DNA from: Bacteroidia bacterium
GTDB taxonomy: Bacteria; Bacteroidota; Bacteroidia; NS11-12g; UBA9320
Assembly: GCA_965216465.1 (NCBI GenBank)
Contig: CBDCFW010000005.1
Location: 384,001-448,000, forward strand
DNA: 64,000 bases
Reading direction: 5' to 3'
A program made the translations under genes and the position numbers. The notes under the pieces are model-generated. The model had not been told where the DNA came from. It saw only the letters and a program-made list of their open reading frames with translations, and ran no database searches. Shown piece after piece: positions 44,323 through 53,932 of the stretch (its first letter is position 1; each line of letters opens with the position of its first letter).

Positions 44323-44604
44323 ATGACGTTACAAGAATTAATTAGCCAAGGAGCTAAGATTGTAGATGTAAGAACTACAGGAGAATTTATGGGTGGAAAC
44401 ATCGCTGGATCAGTAAATATTCCGCTTAATGAAGTTCCCGAGCGCGTAAATGAGTTTAAGGAAATGGGAGGACCCATAATTTTATGTTGCCTTAGTGGTG
44501 GCAGAAGCGGTCAAGCTACAGGTTACCTTCAAAGCCAAGGTGTAGAATGCTATAACGGCGGTGGCTGGATGGAGTTAAACTTCGCCGTAAGTCAGAACAG
44601 CTAG
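44323..44604 (+). CDS. Rhodanese-like domain protein
   Basis: IVDVRT..EF, GSVNIPL and CCLSGGRS motifs. Confidence 0.9.
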   Translation: MTLQELISQGAKIVDVRTTGEFMGGNIAGSVNIPLNEVPERVNEFKEMGGPIILCCLSGGRSGQATGYLQSQGVECYNGGGWMELNFAVSQNS

Positions 44605-44625
44605 TTACTAAAATAAATAGAGATT

Positions 44626-44653
44626 AAAGCTCTCCTACTGGTGGGCTTTTTTT
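44626..44653. terminator. Intrinsic terminator between convergent genes
   Basis: AAAGCTCTCC-TACT-GGTGGGCTTT stem with T-tract. Confidence 0.6.
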
Positions 44654-45158
44654 ATTTCTTGGGTGAAAGATTCTTTGCTATTCCACTTAAGATTAAGATG
44701 AAACCTAACGTAGACAAGCCTACAATCAGTAAGACATCCGCATAGGGCCAATGCATTATTTTAAACAACACTCCAACTACAAACATCCCAAGACAAACCC
44801 ACTTTATTGGTCTCAATAATTTAGGTTCTTTAATTTCGGACAAATAGTTCTTGGTGAATAAATGAAAGGCTATATAGGCTACTAATAGTGCTATTGAAAA
44901 TCCCACCTTGCCTATTGATTCAAGTGCATTGATTTGTGCCAGTACCAAACCTACAATCAGAAAGAGAAAAGGATAAACTATGCGCTCATCTTTGTCTTTT
45001 ACCAAGAGTGAGTACGCTAAATACGAAGCTACGTGCAACCAGAATCCACCGAACATCAGTTCTCTCCCATTGGTCCAATGCATCAAATTAAAAAGATATC
45101 CAAATACGGTTATGGCTAGCGAGGAATATATCGTTGTTATTAAGAATTTCTTCATCAA
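44652..45158 (-). CDS. Membrane protein with two GldL-N-like modules
   Basis: GYLFNLMHWTNG and GVLFKIMHWPYA resemble the GldL TM1-TM2 motif (GALFKIxHWPG). Confidence 0.6.
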   Translation of the reverse strand: MMKKFLITTIYSSLAITVFGYLFNLMHWTNGRELMFGGFWLHVASYLAYSLLVKDKDERIVYPFLFLIVGLVLAQINALESIGKVGFSIALLVAYIAFHLFTKNYLSEIKEPKLLRPIKWVCLGMFVVGVLFKIMHWPYADVLLIVGLSTLGFILILSGIAKNLSPKK

Positions 45159-46147
45159 TTCAAGGCTAAAGTTAAGTTCTTAGATTCTGCCTTCGCATTT
45201 TTCATTTCATAAATAACACGGTACACAAACTCAAGAATTGGCATGTGCACACCATATTGATCATTCAGTTTATGTATTGTCTCTGTTGCATAATATCCTT
45301 CAGCAACCATCTCCATCTCCATTAAGGCAGAACGAATTGAGTATCCCTTGCCTAACATCGCTCCCAGGGTTCTATTCCTACTGTACTGAGAATACGCAGT
45401 TACCAAAAGGTCTCCTAGGTAAGCAGAGTCGTCGGCATCTCGATCAATAGGATGCACTGCTGCAATAAATCGCTTTATTTCTCGAATGGCATTACTTACT
45501 AAAACCGCCTGAAAGTTGTCTCCATACCCCAGGCTATGGCACATTCCAGAAGCAATAGCATATACATTTTTAAGCACCGCAGCTATTTCTGTTCCATAGA
45601 TGTCAGCACTTGGAGTTACTTTGATGTATTCGCAACTAAACATCTCTACCATGCGGGAACAGAAGTTTGTATTTGTTGATGCAAATGTGAGGTATGATAA
45701 TTTTTCTTGTGCAACTTCTTCGGCATGACAAGGTCCTGTGATAACACCGAAATCGTCTTCTTCAACTCCTTTAACTTGAAATAGATACTCCCCTAAAATC
45801 TTAAGTGTCGTAGGCTCAACACCTTTAATGGCTGAAATAATTTTCTTTCCTCTAAGTAATTCATTGTCTATAGGAGACAACAAATCTGAAACAAACGCAG
45901 AAGGAGTAACCAAAAGAATTGTTTCATTTTGCTTAATCATCTCCTCGGCATTTACGTTTGCATTTAACCGATTTGCATCCATTTTAGCTGATCGAAGATA
46001 CTTCGGGTTTGAGCCGTGATCATTGATATAGTCAGCCATCTCTTGGCTTCGTACCCACCAATCGATTTCTAAGTCTGAATTCTCAAGCAAGATCTTCACC
46101 AAAGCCGTACCCCAGCTTCCACTGCCCATCACAAGGATCTTATTCAT
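45155..46147 (-). CDS. gpsA: NAD(P)H-dependent glycerol-3-phosphate dehydrogenase
   Basis: GSGSWGTAL, GPCHAEEV, LKNVYAI and GDLLVTAYSQYSRNR motifs. Confidence 0.95.
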   Translation of the reverse strand: MNKILVMGSGSWGTALVKILLENSDLEIDWWVRSQEMADYINDHGSNPKYLRSAKMDANRLNANVNAEEMIKQNETILLVTPSAFVSDLLSPIDNELLRGKKIISAIKGVEPTTLKILGEYLFQVKGVEEDDFGVITGPCHAEEVAQEKLSYLTFASTNTNFCSRMVEMFSCEYIKVTPSADIYGTEIAAVLKNVYAIASGMCHSLGYGDNFQAVLVSNAIREIKRFIAAVHPIDRDADDSAYLGDLLVTAYSQYSRNRTLGAMLGKGYSIRSALMEMEMVAEGYYATETIHKLNDQYGVHMPILEFVYRVIYEMKNAKAESKNLTLALN

Positions 46148-46178
46148 GGTTGTAAATGTATGAATTATATTGGATTGC

Positions 46179-48038
46179 TTATTCTACAATGATTTTTTCA
46201 CTGTAAATGTTCTCATCCTTTTCATTGAAGATTGAAAGGATGTAAAGCCCAGAACTTATTCCGTCGGCGTTAACCAAAAACTTCATTGGTCCTGCATTAA
46301 CTTCCAGATTATCCATTTCCTTTACTACGCTTCCTGCTAAATCTGAAATTTGTATTGTTACAACATCGTCATTTGGAAAAACTGCTCCAACTCGGAACAT
46401 TTCTGTAACTGGATTTGGATAGGTAACGAAGTCTTCAATGACAAAAAGGTCATTTTTGGCCTTCAATTTCGCAACCCATACATTATTGTAATTACGATCA
46501 TCTCCATAGCTGCCACAAACCCAAACTACACCCGGCTCGTTGTACTTTCTTTGCACATCAGTGTAATCTCCCCAACGTTCTATATCATTGTCTAGCCACG
46601 AATCAATAAGTCCAGTTCCTTCCTTAACTACAATCGGTTTAGAATAAAGACCTTCTTTGCCTGATGCTCTGTTTTGATAGATTGCAGAAGTTCCTGGAAA
46701 AGCAGTTTCACCAACGTGAGAGAAGGTTATCATCATCGAATGCTCATCATCACCGTCTATACCAGCAAATGCTATAGACGGATATGCATAATCAAGTGTA
46801 TCTGAAGATATAATTTCAGCATCAACGCTCGGATTCCCAGCAACATCAGATATCACTCCGTGAAATACTCCTGAGCTTAATTGTTCAGGCACCAAGGTCG
46901 ATTGAACATAGTGTATAGTGTTTCGGTGATACACTCCTGATAACACTCTGGTATCATTTGTTTGCAGTTTGTATCCAACCTCAGGTTGAAAAGCACTTGG
47001 TGGTACACCGTATTGTTTATTTGCTTTAAGAACAGATAACTCATGTTCAGCTTGACCAGATTTTGACGTATTGGTAATTTCATGCAAAAACAAGGTATCA
47101 TTGGCCATTGCATCTGGTCGCACAGAAAGAAAATACATGTTATCTTGATCAAAGTCTAAGGCTGGTTGAACCGGGCAAATACTCCATACGGGCTTGCCAC
47201 CATACTCAATATCATAAAATAAGTTTTGGGTTAACTCATCGCCATTGTACCCATCCTCTTTATTGATTTGCCAAATAAAACTCTGAACAAAACCTTCCTG
47301 CCAAGACTCATTGTCGCGAAGCAAGTTAACCGTTATATACAGGTCTTCTTGATTATGGGCTATAATCGGATAATCACTCCAGGTCTCTCCTCCGAGTGGC
47401 TTGCCGTCAATTGCATAAAAATTCCAGTTTCCTGTGGGGTCTGAAGTCTGCGAGAATCCTGTAACGATTCTGGTATCATTGCTGTTACTACCCTCAAGGA
47501 AAACCAAAATAAATCGATCATTGATTGGATCGTAAGTAACTTTTGGGTCGTAATAACGATCTAATAGACCCAGTTGCCCGCGTACAAATGCACCTAGTGT
47601 TCTGAACAATAGCAATTCGCCATCGCTGTCTAAAATGGTTATTGTCGTATTAATCGCGCTAATGATTATTCCATCATTGCTAATTGCCATGGTGTTGTCG
47701 TTTGGAATACCACTGCCACCAATCGGACGAGCGTTGAAACTATCTAACAATTCTGGATATACATCACTTTGTTCTGAGATGTACGATGTTTTGGCCTTGA
47801 ACTGAGCTTTACGTTTTCTTTTCGCATCCAGTTGTTTCTTAACCTCATGCGAACGCATTACGGGTTCTGGTGCAAGTTCTTCACCTTTTAATCGAACAAG
47901 ATCTAGGTCAACACTTTGTTCAGATAAGTTGACTGTCCATTGTTTATAGGTTTTAACGTTGGACATTTTTTTATAATCAACCTGACCAAATGTAAAGGTT
48001 GTAAAAGCAAGTATAGATAGCGTTAACAGTACTTTCAT
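46179..48038 (-). CDS. T9SS type A sorting-domain protein of unknown function
   Basis: Signal peptide; PNDN.MAIS, DPKVTYD and RWGDY motifs; TYPNPV...SGLYIL...EKIIVE CTD. Confidence 0.8.
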   Translation of the reverse strand: MKVLLTLSILAFTTFTFGQVDYKKMSNVKTYKQWTVNLSEQSVDLDLVRLKGEELAPEPVMRSHEVKKQLDAKRKRKAQFKAKTSYISEQSDVYPELLDSFNARPIGGSGIPNDNTMAISNDGIIISAINTTITILDSDGELLLFRTLGAFVRGQLGLLDRYYDPKVTYDPINDRFILVFLEGSNSNDTRIVTGFSQTSDPTGNWNFYAIDGKPLGGETWSDYPIIAHNQEDLYITVNLLRDNESWQEGFVQSFIWQINKEDGYNGDELTQNLFYDIEYGGKPVWSICPVQPALDFDQDNMYFLSVRPDAMANDTLFLHEITNTSKSGQAEHELSVLKANKQYGVPPSAFQPEVGYKLQTNDTRVLSGVYHRNTIHYVQSTLVPEQLSSGVFHGVISDVAGNPSVDAEIISSDTLDYAYPSIAFAGIDGDDEHSMMITFSHVGETAFPGTSAIYQNRASGKEGLYSKPIVVKEGTGLIDSWLDNDIERWGDYTDVQRKYNEPGVVWVCGSYGDDRNYNNVWVAKLKAKNDLFVIEDFVTYPNPVTEMFRVGAVFPNDDVVTIQISDLAGSVVKEMDNLEVNAGPMKFLVNADGISSGLYILSIFNEKDENIYSEKIIVE

Positions 48039-48092
48039 AAAGCATTCAAATATACGACCTATTTTAAAACCAAGCTGTCATTTTTCAATCAG

Positions 48093-48911
48093 CTAACTCT
48101 TATGCTGATTGTACAATTCTATAGCTTTTGGCATGAGTTCATTCAAACGCTCTTGACGCTTAGATGGATCAGGATGAGTACTTAAAAACTCAGGTGGACG
48201 TGTGCCTCCAATTTCGTTCATTCGACTCCAAAATTTTGGTGCTTCTTCAGGGTTGTATCCAGCCATTGCCATGAACATTAAGCCCATTTCATCAGATTCA
48301 CTTTCATGCTTACGGCTAAAAGGAAGCAAGACTCCTACTTGAGAACCAACACCATACGCCAACTGAACTGCTTGTCGTGTCGCCTCAGGCTTCTCAACCA
48401 TAGCTACATCTAACGCCACTCCTAGTCCTTGCAAGGCTAATCCCTGACTAACCCGCTCATTTCCATGCTGAGCAATAGCATGAGCAATTTCGTGGCCCAT
48501 TACAACTGCAACTCCTTCTTCGCCTTCACAAATTGGCATAATTCCGGTGTAAAATGCTACTTTACCCCCACTCATACACCATGCATTTACAGTGTTATCA
48601 TCTATCAAGTTAAACTCCCATTTAAAATCTTGTATTCTGCTTTCGTACTTGGTACCTTTCAGATACTCCTCAACGGCACCAGCAATTCTGTTACCTACCC
48701 GTTTTACCATTTCTGCATCAGGAGTATTATATACCACATTCGCAGTATCAAGTACCTGACGGTAACTGGTTAAACTCATTTCCATTAGGGTTGATTCGGG
48801 CAACAACTTAAATTGTCTTCTACCTGTAATTGGAATTTGAGAACACGACCAAATAAATAAGGTCAGTAATAAAAATGCGACTAGCGACGGTTTGTTCTTT
48901 CTGATGCTCAT
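48093..48911 (-). CDS. M48-family metallopeptidase (lipoprotein)
   Basis: NAWCMSGGK, HEIAH, FSRKHESESD and FLSTHP motifs. Confidence 0.92.
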   Translation of the reverse strand: MSIRKNKPSLVAFLLLTLFIWSCSQIPITGRRQFKLLPESTLMEMSLTSYRQVLDTANVVYNTPDAEMVKRVGNRIAGAVEEYLKGTKYESRIQDFKWEFNLIDDNTVNAWCMSGGKVAFYTGIMPICEGEEGVAVVMGHEIAHAIAQHGNERVSQGLALQGLGVALDVAMVEKPEATRQAVQLAYGVGSQVGVLLPFSRKHESESDEMGLMFMAMAGYNPEEAPKFWSRMNEIGGTRPPEFLSTHPDPSKRQERLNELMPKAIELYNQHKS

Positions 48912-49001
48912 AATAGATTAATAATTAGTTTCACAAATTAATACAAATAGCATACTAAAAACAGTTTAGCATCGTGAAATTATTCCTAATTTCGCTGCAA
49001 T

Positions 49002-50363
49002 ATGACACGAGAAGAATATATCGAACAAAATAAAGATCGATTTTTAGATGAATTATTTGATTTGCTGCGTATACCTAGCATTAGTGCCGACTCAGCATAC
49101 AAAGACGATGTTAGAAAATGTGCTGAATACACCGCTCAAAAATTAATTGATGCTGGAGCCGATAATGTAGTGCTAGAAGAAACAGCTGGCAACCCGATTG
49201 TATATGGCGAAAAAATGGTAGACCCTTCAAAACCGACCATTTTAGTATACGGACATTACGACGTTCAGCCATCAGTACCTGACGATTTATGGAACACTCC
49301 TCCATTTGAACCAACAGTAAAAGACGGGAATATTTACGCCCGGGGAGCTTGCGATGATAAAGGTCAATTTTATATGCACGCCAAAGCATTCGAGACCATG
49401 ATGCAAACAGGAACGCTTCATTGCAATGTTAAGTTTATGATTGAAGGCGAAGAAGAAGTAGGATCGACAAATCTCGGGACTTATGTTAGAGAGAATGCTG
49501 AAAAACTAAAGGCTGATGTTGTTCTAATTTCAGACACCGGCATGATTGCTAACGACGTTCCTTCTATTGATACAGGACTTAGAGGCTTGAGCTATGTTCA
49601 AGTAGAAGTTACGGGTCCTAATATTGACTTACACAGTGGTACCTATGGAGGTGCAGTTGCAAATCCAATCAATGTTTTATGCGATATGATTTCGAGTTTG
49701 CATGATGAAAATAGACATATTACAATTCCTGGTTTTTATGATCAGGTAGAAGTTGTAAGTGCCGAAGATCGAGCAGCAATGGCCGAAACACCATTCGATT
49801 TAGAAGCCTACAAACAAGAGCTCGATGTTGATGACGTAATGGGAGAAGCTGGATATTCTACAATTGAAAGAACCGGAATCCGTCCTACTTTGGATGTTAA
49901 CGGAATCTGGGGTGGCTATATCGGCGAAGGAGCAAAAACAGTTTTGCCGAGCAAGGCCTATGCAAAAATTTCAATGCGTTTAGTTCCCAACCAGAAATCA
50001 GCTGATATTTCGAAAATGTTTAAAGAGCATTTCGAAAGTATTGCACCAAAATCTGTAAAAGTTGAGGTAACGTTACACCATGGAGGTGAAGCGGCTGTAA
50101 CTCCTACAGACAGCAGAGCTTTTAGAGCTGCAAGTAAAGCAATGGAAAAAACCTTTGGTAAAAAGCCAATCCCAACTCGAGGCGGAGGAAGTATTCCAAT
50201 TGTTGCTTTGTTCGAAGAAGCACTAGGTTTAAAAACAGTACTTTTTGGATTCGGATTAGACAGTGATGCCATCCATTCTCCAAACGAAAAATACGGATTA
50301 TTTAATTTCTATAAAGGAATTGAAACCATCCCATATTTCTACGAATATTACGCAGATATGTAA
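49002..50363 (+). CDS. M20-family dipeptidase
   Basis: YGHYDVQP, ARGACDDKGQ, EGEEEVGS, DLHSG, GGSIP and HSPNE motifs. Confidence 0.92.
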   Translation: MTREEYIEQNKDRFLDELFDLLRIPSISADSAYKDDVRKCAEYTAQKLIDAGADNVVLEETAGNPIVYGEKMVDPSKPTILVYGHYDVQPSVPDDLWNTPPFEPTVKDGNIYARGACDDKGQFYMHAKAFETMMQTGTLHCNVKFMIEGEEEVGSTNLGTYVRENAEKLKADVVLISDTGMIANDVPSIDTGLRGLSYVQVEVTGPNIDLHSGTYGGAVANPINVLCDMISSLHDENRHITIPGFYDQVEVVSAEDRAAMAETPFDLEAYKQELDVDDVMGEAGYSTIERTGIRPTLDVNGIWGGYIGEGAKTVLPSKAYAKISMRLVPNQKSADISKMFKEHFESIAPKSVKVEVTLHHGGEAAVTPTDSRAFRAASKAMEKTFGKKPIPTRGGGSIPIVALFEEALGLKTVLFGFGLDSDAIHSPNEKYGLFNFYKGIETIPYFYEYYADM

Positions 50364-50385
50364 GTATTAATGAACTTAATTGAAG

Positions 50386-50415
50386 AGAAGGTCGCAAAAT
50401 ATTTTGCGACCTTCT
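50386..50415. terminator. Perfect 30-bp palindrome, probable terminator
   Basis: AGAAGGTCGCAAAAT-ATTTTGCGACCTTCT directly after the dipeptidase stop codon. Confidence 0.65.
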
Positions 50416-50448
50416 TTCGTTTTGAATTTATCTAAAAGCAACCTTACT

Positions 50449-52029
50449 ATGAAAACTTTATTTGTAACGACTCTATTATTTTCCGCTTTTTGGGTATGCG
50501 GACAAACCATTGAAAAACACACCGTTTATTTTGATGTTGATTCTTATAAAATCAGCAAAACTGAACAAGCCAAACTCAAACAATTTTTAGCCGGACTTGA
50601 TCAAGCACTGGTAAAAAATATCAGTGTAGAAGGTCATACCGACCACGATGCCAGTGATCAATACAATGTTGATTTGTCTAAAAATAGAAATGCAAGTGTG
50701 CTCAAGCAATTGTACGAAGCTGCAGACCGTAAGATATTGATTACCGCTTCTCATTTTGGTGAAAGTCAACCGGCAAAAAGCAATTCTACTGACTCAGGAA
50801 AGCAACAAAACCGACGGGTGGAAATTACTGTCGCACTTGACTCCTACTTCGCACCCGAATCGAGTGATTTTTACTTCAACGAGTGGGATAAAGCTGCTAA
50901 AACATTTCAAATTGACCCTAAACAATCAACCACTATTCGGGGACCAGAAGGAACAATAGTTTACTTCAAACCGAACACATTTTGTGATGCAGACCCCAAC
51001 AACAAGGTAAATATTTCGCTAAAAGAATACTATAAACTTTCTGATATTTTGATGGCTCAATTAACAACTACAAGCGGAAAAGACATGCTCGAAACTGCAG
51101 GAATGGTCGAATTAACTGCGGAACAAAATGGAAAAGAGCTGGAACTATGTAAAACAGCAGTAATTATGTTTCCAAGTCAAGATACAAAAGACTTTAGAGG
51201 TTTTAACGGCACTCATGACACTACACACAACATTATGGATTGGACTGCAAGCTCAGATGGCACCTACGACCCCATTGATGGAGGCCTCTTCGATTCTCAA
51301 GGTGGTTTGTCTGGTATAGTTTTTCCTCGCGATTGCATCAACTTGGAAGGAAGTGTCAAAATTCGTTGTGTATCTGGTTGCCAAAGAGAAGTTTTGAGCT
51401 CAGGTGGAAAAAGATACTACAATGCCGAATTAAAGCAAGATGAGGTAGTAGCTTATTTGAGAAAAAAACATTGGTTTAAAAGAAGAGTTTCAGTTCAATA
51501 CTACAATCGAACTTACAATAGAATTAAAAACCAAATGAGAGACACAACTTCGGCCATGGTATATAGAGCATGCTACAATAAGCAAGATCAGATTGAAAGG
51601 GTTAAAGAAAACTTAGAAAACCTTGAAGATGGTGGAGAAATTAACACAGCACTATTCGACCAAACTATGAACTATGTTATAACTTCCACAGCTAAACTTG
51701 GGTTTATAAATTGTGATCGTTTCACCAATAGACCGAATCGGCAAAATTTCAATTACAAAATTGGCGAGCATGATGGGACAGTTTCATCGAAATTAATTTT
51801 TCATAAAATTAAATCAATCATGCCCGGGCATGAGTATAATGGAAAAATCAGCTTTTCTAGTGTTCCAGCCGGAGAAGCAGTAACATTACTAGTGATTAAA
51901 TATGTAAAGGATAAAATTTTAATTGCGGCACCACAGTTTAGACTGGGGCAATACCCTACATTAGATTTTGAGGAAGTAAAACGCGAAAATTTGCAGGATA
52001 AAATCAAGTCAATTACATCAAAAATCTAA
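50449..52029 (+). CDS. OmpA-C-like peptidoglycan-binding domain protein with a large C-terminal domain
   Basis: VYFDVDS, VEGHTD..ASDQYNVDLSKNR and NRRVEI motifs; C-terminal LETAGM and LGFINCDRF. Start set at MKTLFV. Confidence 0.75.
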   Translation: MKTLFVTTLLFSAFWVCGQTIEKHTVYFDVDSYKISKTEQAKLKQFLAGLDQALVKNISVEGHTDHDASDQYNVDLSKNRNASVLKQLYEAADRKILITASHFGESQPAKSNSTDSGKQQNRRVEITVALDSYFAPESSDFYFNEWDKAAKTFQIDPKQSTTIRGPEGTIVYFKPNTFCDADPNNKVNISLKEYYKLSDILMAQLTTTSGKDMLETAGMVELTAEQNGKELELCKTAVIMFPSQDTKDFRGFNGTHDTTHNIMDWTASSDGTYDPIDGGLFDSQGGLSGIVFPRDCINLEGSVKIRCVSGCQREVLSSGGKRYYNAELKQDEVVAYLRKKHWFKRRVSVQYYNRTYNRIKNQMRDTTSAMVYRACYNKQDQIERVKENLENLEDGGEINTALFDQTMNYVITSTAKLGFINCDRFTNRPNRQNFNYKIGEHDGTVSSKLIFHKIKSIMPGHEYNGKISFSSVPAGEAVTLLVIKYVKDKILIAAPQFRLGQYPTLDFEEVKRENLQDKIKSITSKI

Positions 52030-52240
52030 AAATGTCATATTAATGCAATAATCGAAGTTGATGCTCGTTATAGTAATGAGTTGTAACTCAACTACCCCCT
52101 TCAACATATGTTGATTTTGTTTGTTTAATTGGCTATGAATACTCGAAATTAAACCGAACACTTTTCAGGAAAACTCAAATTACCGACGCTAATCGTATAT
52201 CAAATTTTTTGCCCAAACTAAAAACTAAAACTGAAAAATT

Positions 52241-53830
52241 ATGGCAAAAACTAATTTATCACCGAGGCAGAAAATGATTAACATGATGTATCTTGTTCTG
52301 CTCGCTTTACTCGCTCTGAACGTAGATCGACATGTACTGAAGGCTTTTCACGACATGGAATTGAACCTGATTTCATCTGCTTCCAATTACGATGCAAAAA
52401 ACAAACTACAAATGGCTAGCTTCTTAAAGCTGCTTCAATCTGATGAAGAAAAAGCAAAACCTTACTATGAGTCAGCATTAAAGGCTCAAGAAATTTCAAA
52501 AGAATTCAACACTTACATTGAAGGTCTAAAAACGGAGATTGAAGAACTTTACCGCGGTCGCGAAGAGGCCGAAGAAGATGAGCTAGTCGGGGCACTTAAG
52601 ACTCCAGAACAAATGGAGAAGCATGCAAATCTTTTTGTGGTAAAAGACAAAGGCAAAAGAGCAAAAGAGCTTCAAACTAAAATCAATACCACAAGAGATA
52701 AGTTACTTGAATTATTAAAACCCGACAAAGACTCTTTGTTTCGAGATAATAGACAATACCACCAAGCGAAACGTTCAAACTTGTTAAATGCCAACGATCC
52801 ATCTTCGGCTGGAGTTAACAAAAAAACATGGGCTTCTGAAAACATAGAATACAAACCTGTTGGTGCCTTGATGGCATTGCTAACTCAATACCAAAATAAC
52901 GCCAAAGCTTTAGAAGCGGATGTTATTCGTGGATTAATGACGGGTGTAAACGAAGGTTCATTTATCGTTGATCAAATCGACGCTAAAATTATCCCTCGAT
53001 CAAACTACGTTATGGCAGGAGAAAATTATCGAGCGGAAGTTATGCTCATAGCCACCAACTCAACCGTCCAACCTAAGATCACCATGAACGGAGAGGTTCT
53101 AGAAGATGTTGACATGGGTATTGGAAATATAAGTTTTCCTGTTTCTGGAATTGGTGAACAAACCGTATCGGGAGTGGTTACCGTAAACGACCCCACTACC
53201 AATAAACCCAAAGAATATTCCTACAATGATACATTTCAGGTTTTTAGCCCGGTTGCGACGGTTTCAGCAGACAAAATGAATTTGCTGTATGTCGACTTGA
53301 ACAACCCATTATCCATATCGGTTCCCGGGTTTAGTGCCGCAGATATTCGCGTTAGCGTTTCGAGCGGAGCACGAATCACCGGAAGCAATGGACGCTACAA
53401 CATCAAGGTAGACGGATCTCAGCGAAAGGTAAATGTTACCGTATTTGCAAAAGGAAACAACATGGGTACGACTGAATATCGTGTAAGAAATGTTCCCACA
53501 CCAAGCTTGCAAATTGGAGGAATTACCAATTTCTCAAGAGGCCTTCGTAGAGCTGAGCTTATTCCTCAGAATGCCATGTATGCAAATCTTGGAATGGATT
53601 TCGCCTACGACATGCGCTGGAGAGTGTTAAGCTATAAAGTAATTTACATCCCGCGAAACAGACCTGCAGTTTGGAAACAAGTAACTGGAAGTGCCATTCC
53701 ATCTGATGTAAAGCAATGGTTCAGATCAGCACAACCTGGAGATCGTTTCTCGATAGAATCTGTAAAAGCACAAGACACAGAATACGGTATAAGACGTAAT
53801 CTTAATCCCACTTCGTTTGTAATGAGGTAA
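52241..53830 (+). CDS. gldM: GldM/PorM-family protein (stand-alone paralog)
   Basis: SPRQKMINMMYLVLLALLALNV N-terminal signature and ATVSADKMNLLYVDLNNPLSISVPG; full-length at 529 aa. Confidence 0.88.
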   Translation: MAKTNLSPRQKMINMMYLVLLALLALNVDRHVLKAFHDMELNLISSASNYDAKNKLQMASFLKLLQSDEEKAKPYYESALKAQEISKEFNTYIEGLKTEIEELYRGREEAEEDELVGALKTPEQMEKHANLFVVKDKGKRAKELQTKINTTRDKLLELLKPDKDSLFRDNRQYHQAKRSNLLNANDPSSAGVNKKTWASENIEYKPVGALMALLTQYQNNAKALEADVIRGLMTGVNEGSFIVDQIDAKIIPRSNYVMAGENYRAEVMLIATNSTVQPKITMNGEVLEDVDMGIGNISFPVSGIGEQTVSGVVTVNDPTTNKPKEYSYNDTFQVFSPVATVSADKMNLLYVDLNNPLSISVPGFSAADIRVSVSSGARITGSNGRYNIKVDGSQRKVNVTVFAKGNNMGTTEYRVRNVPTPSLQIGGITNFSRGLRRAELIPQNAMYANLGMDFAYDMRWRVLSYKVIYIPRNRPAVWKQVTGSAIPSDVKQWFRSAQPGDRFSIESVKAQDTEYGIRRNLNPTSFVMR

Positions 53831-53837
53831 CAAGGCC

Positions 53838-53867
53838 GGGGTGTTGAAAATTCGACACCCCTTTTTT
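53838..53867 (+). terminator. Intrinsic terminator after gldM
   Basis: GGGGTGTTGAA-AA-TTCGACACCCC followed by TTTTTT. Confidence 0.85.
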
Positions 53868-53932
53868 ATTGTGACAAATAGCTTAAACAACTTTAATTTT
53901 TGTATGCTAGATTTGCGTTCTATAATTTTCGC

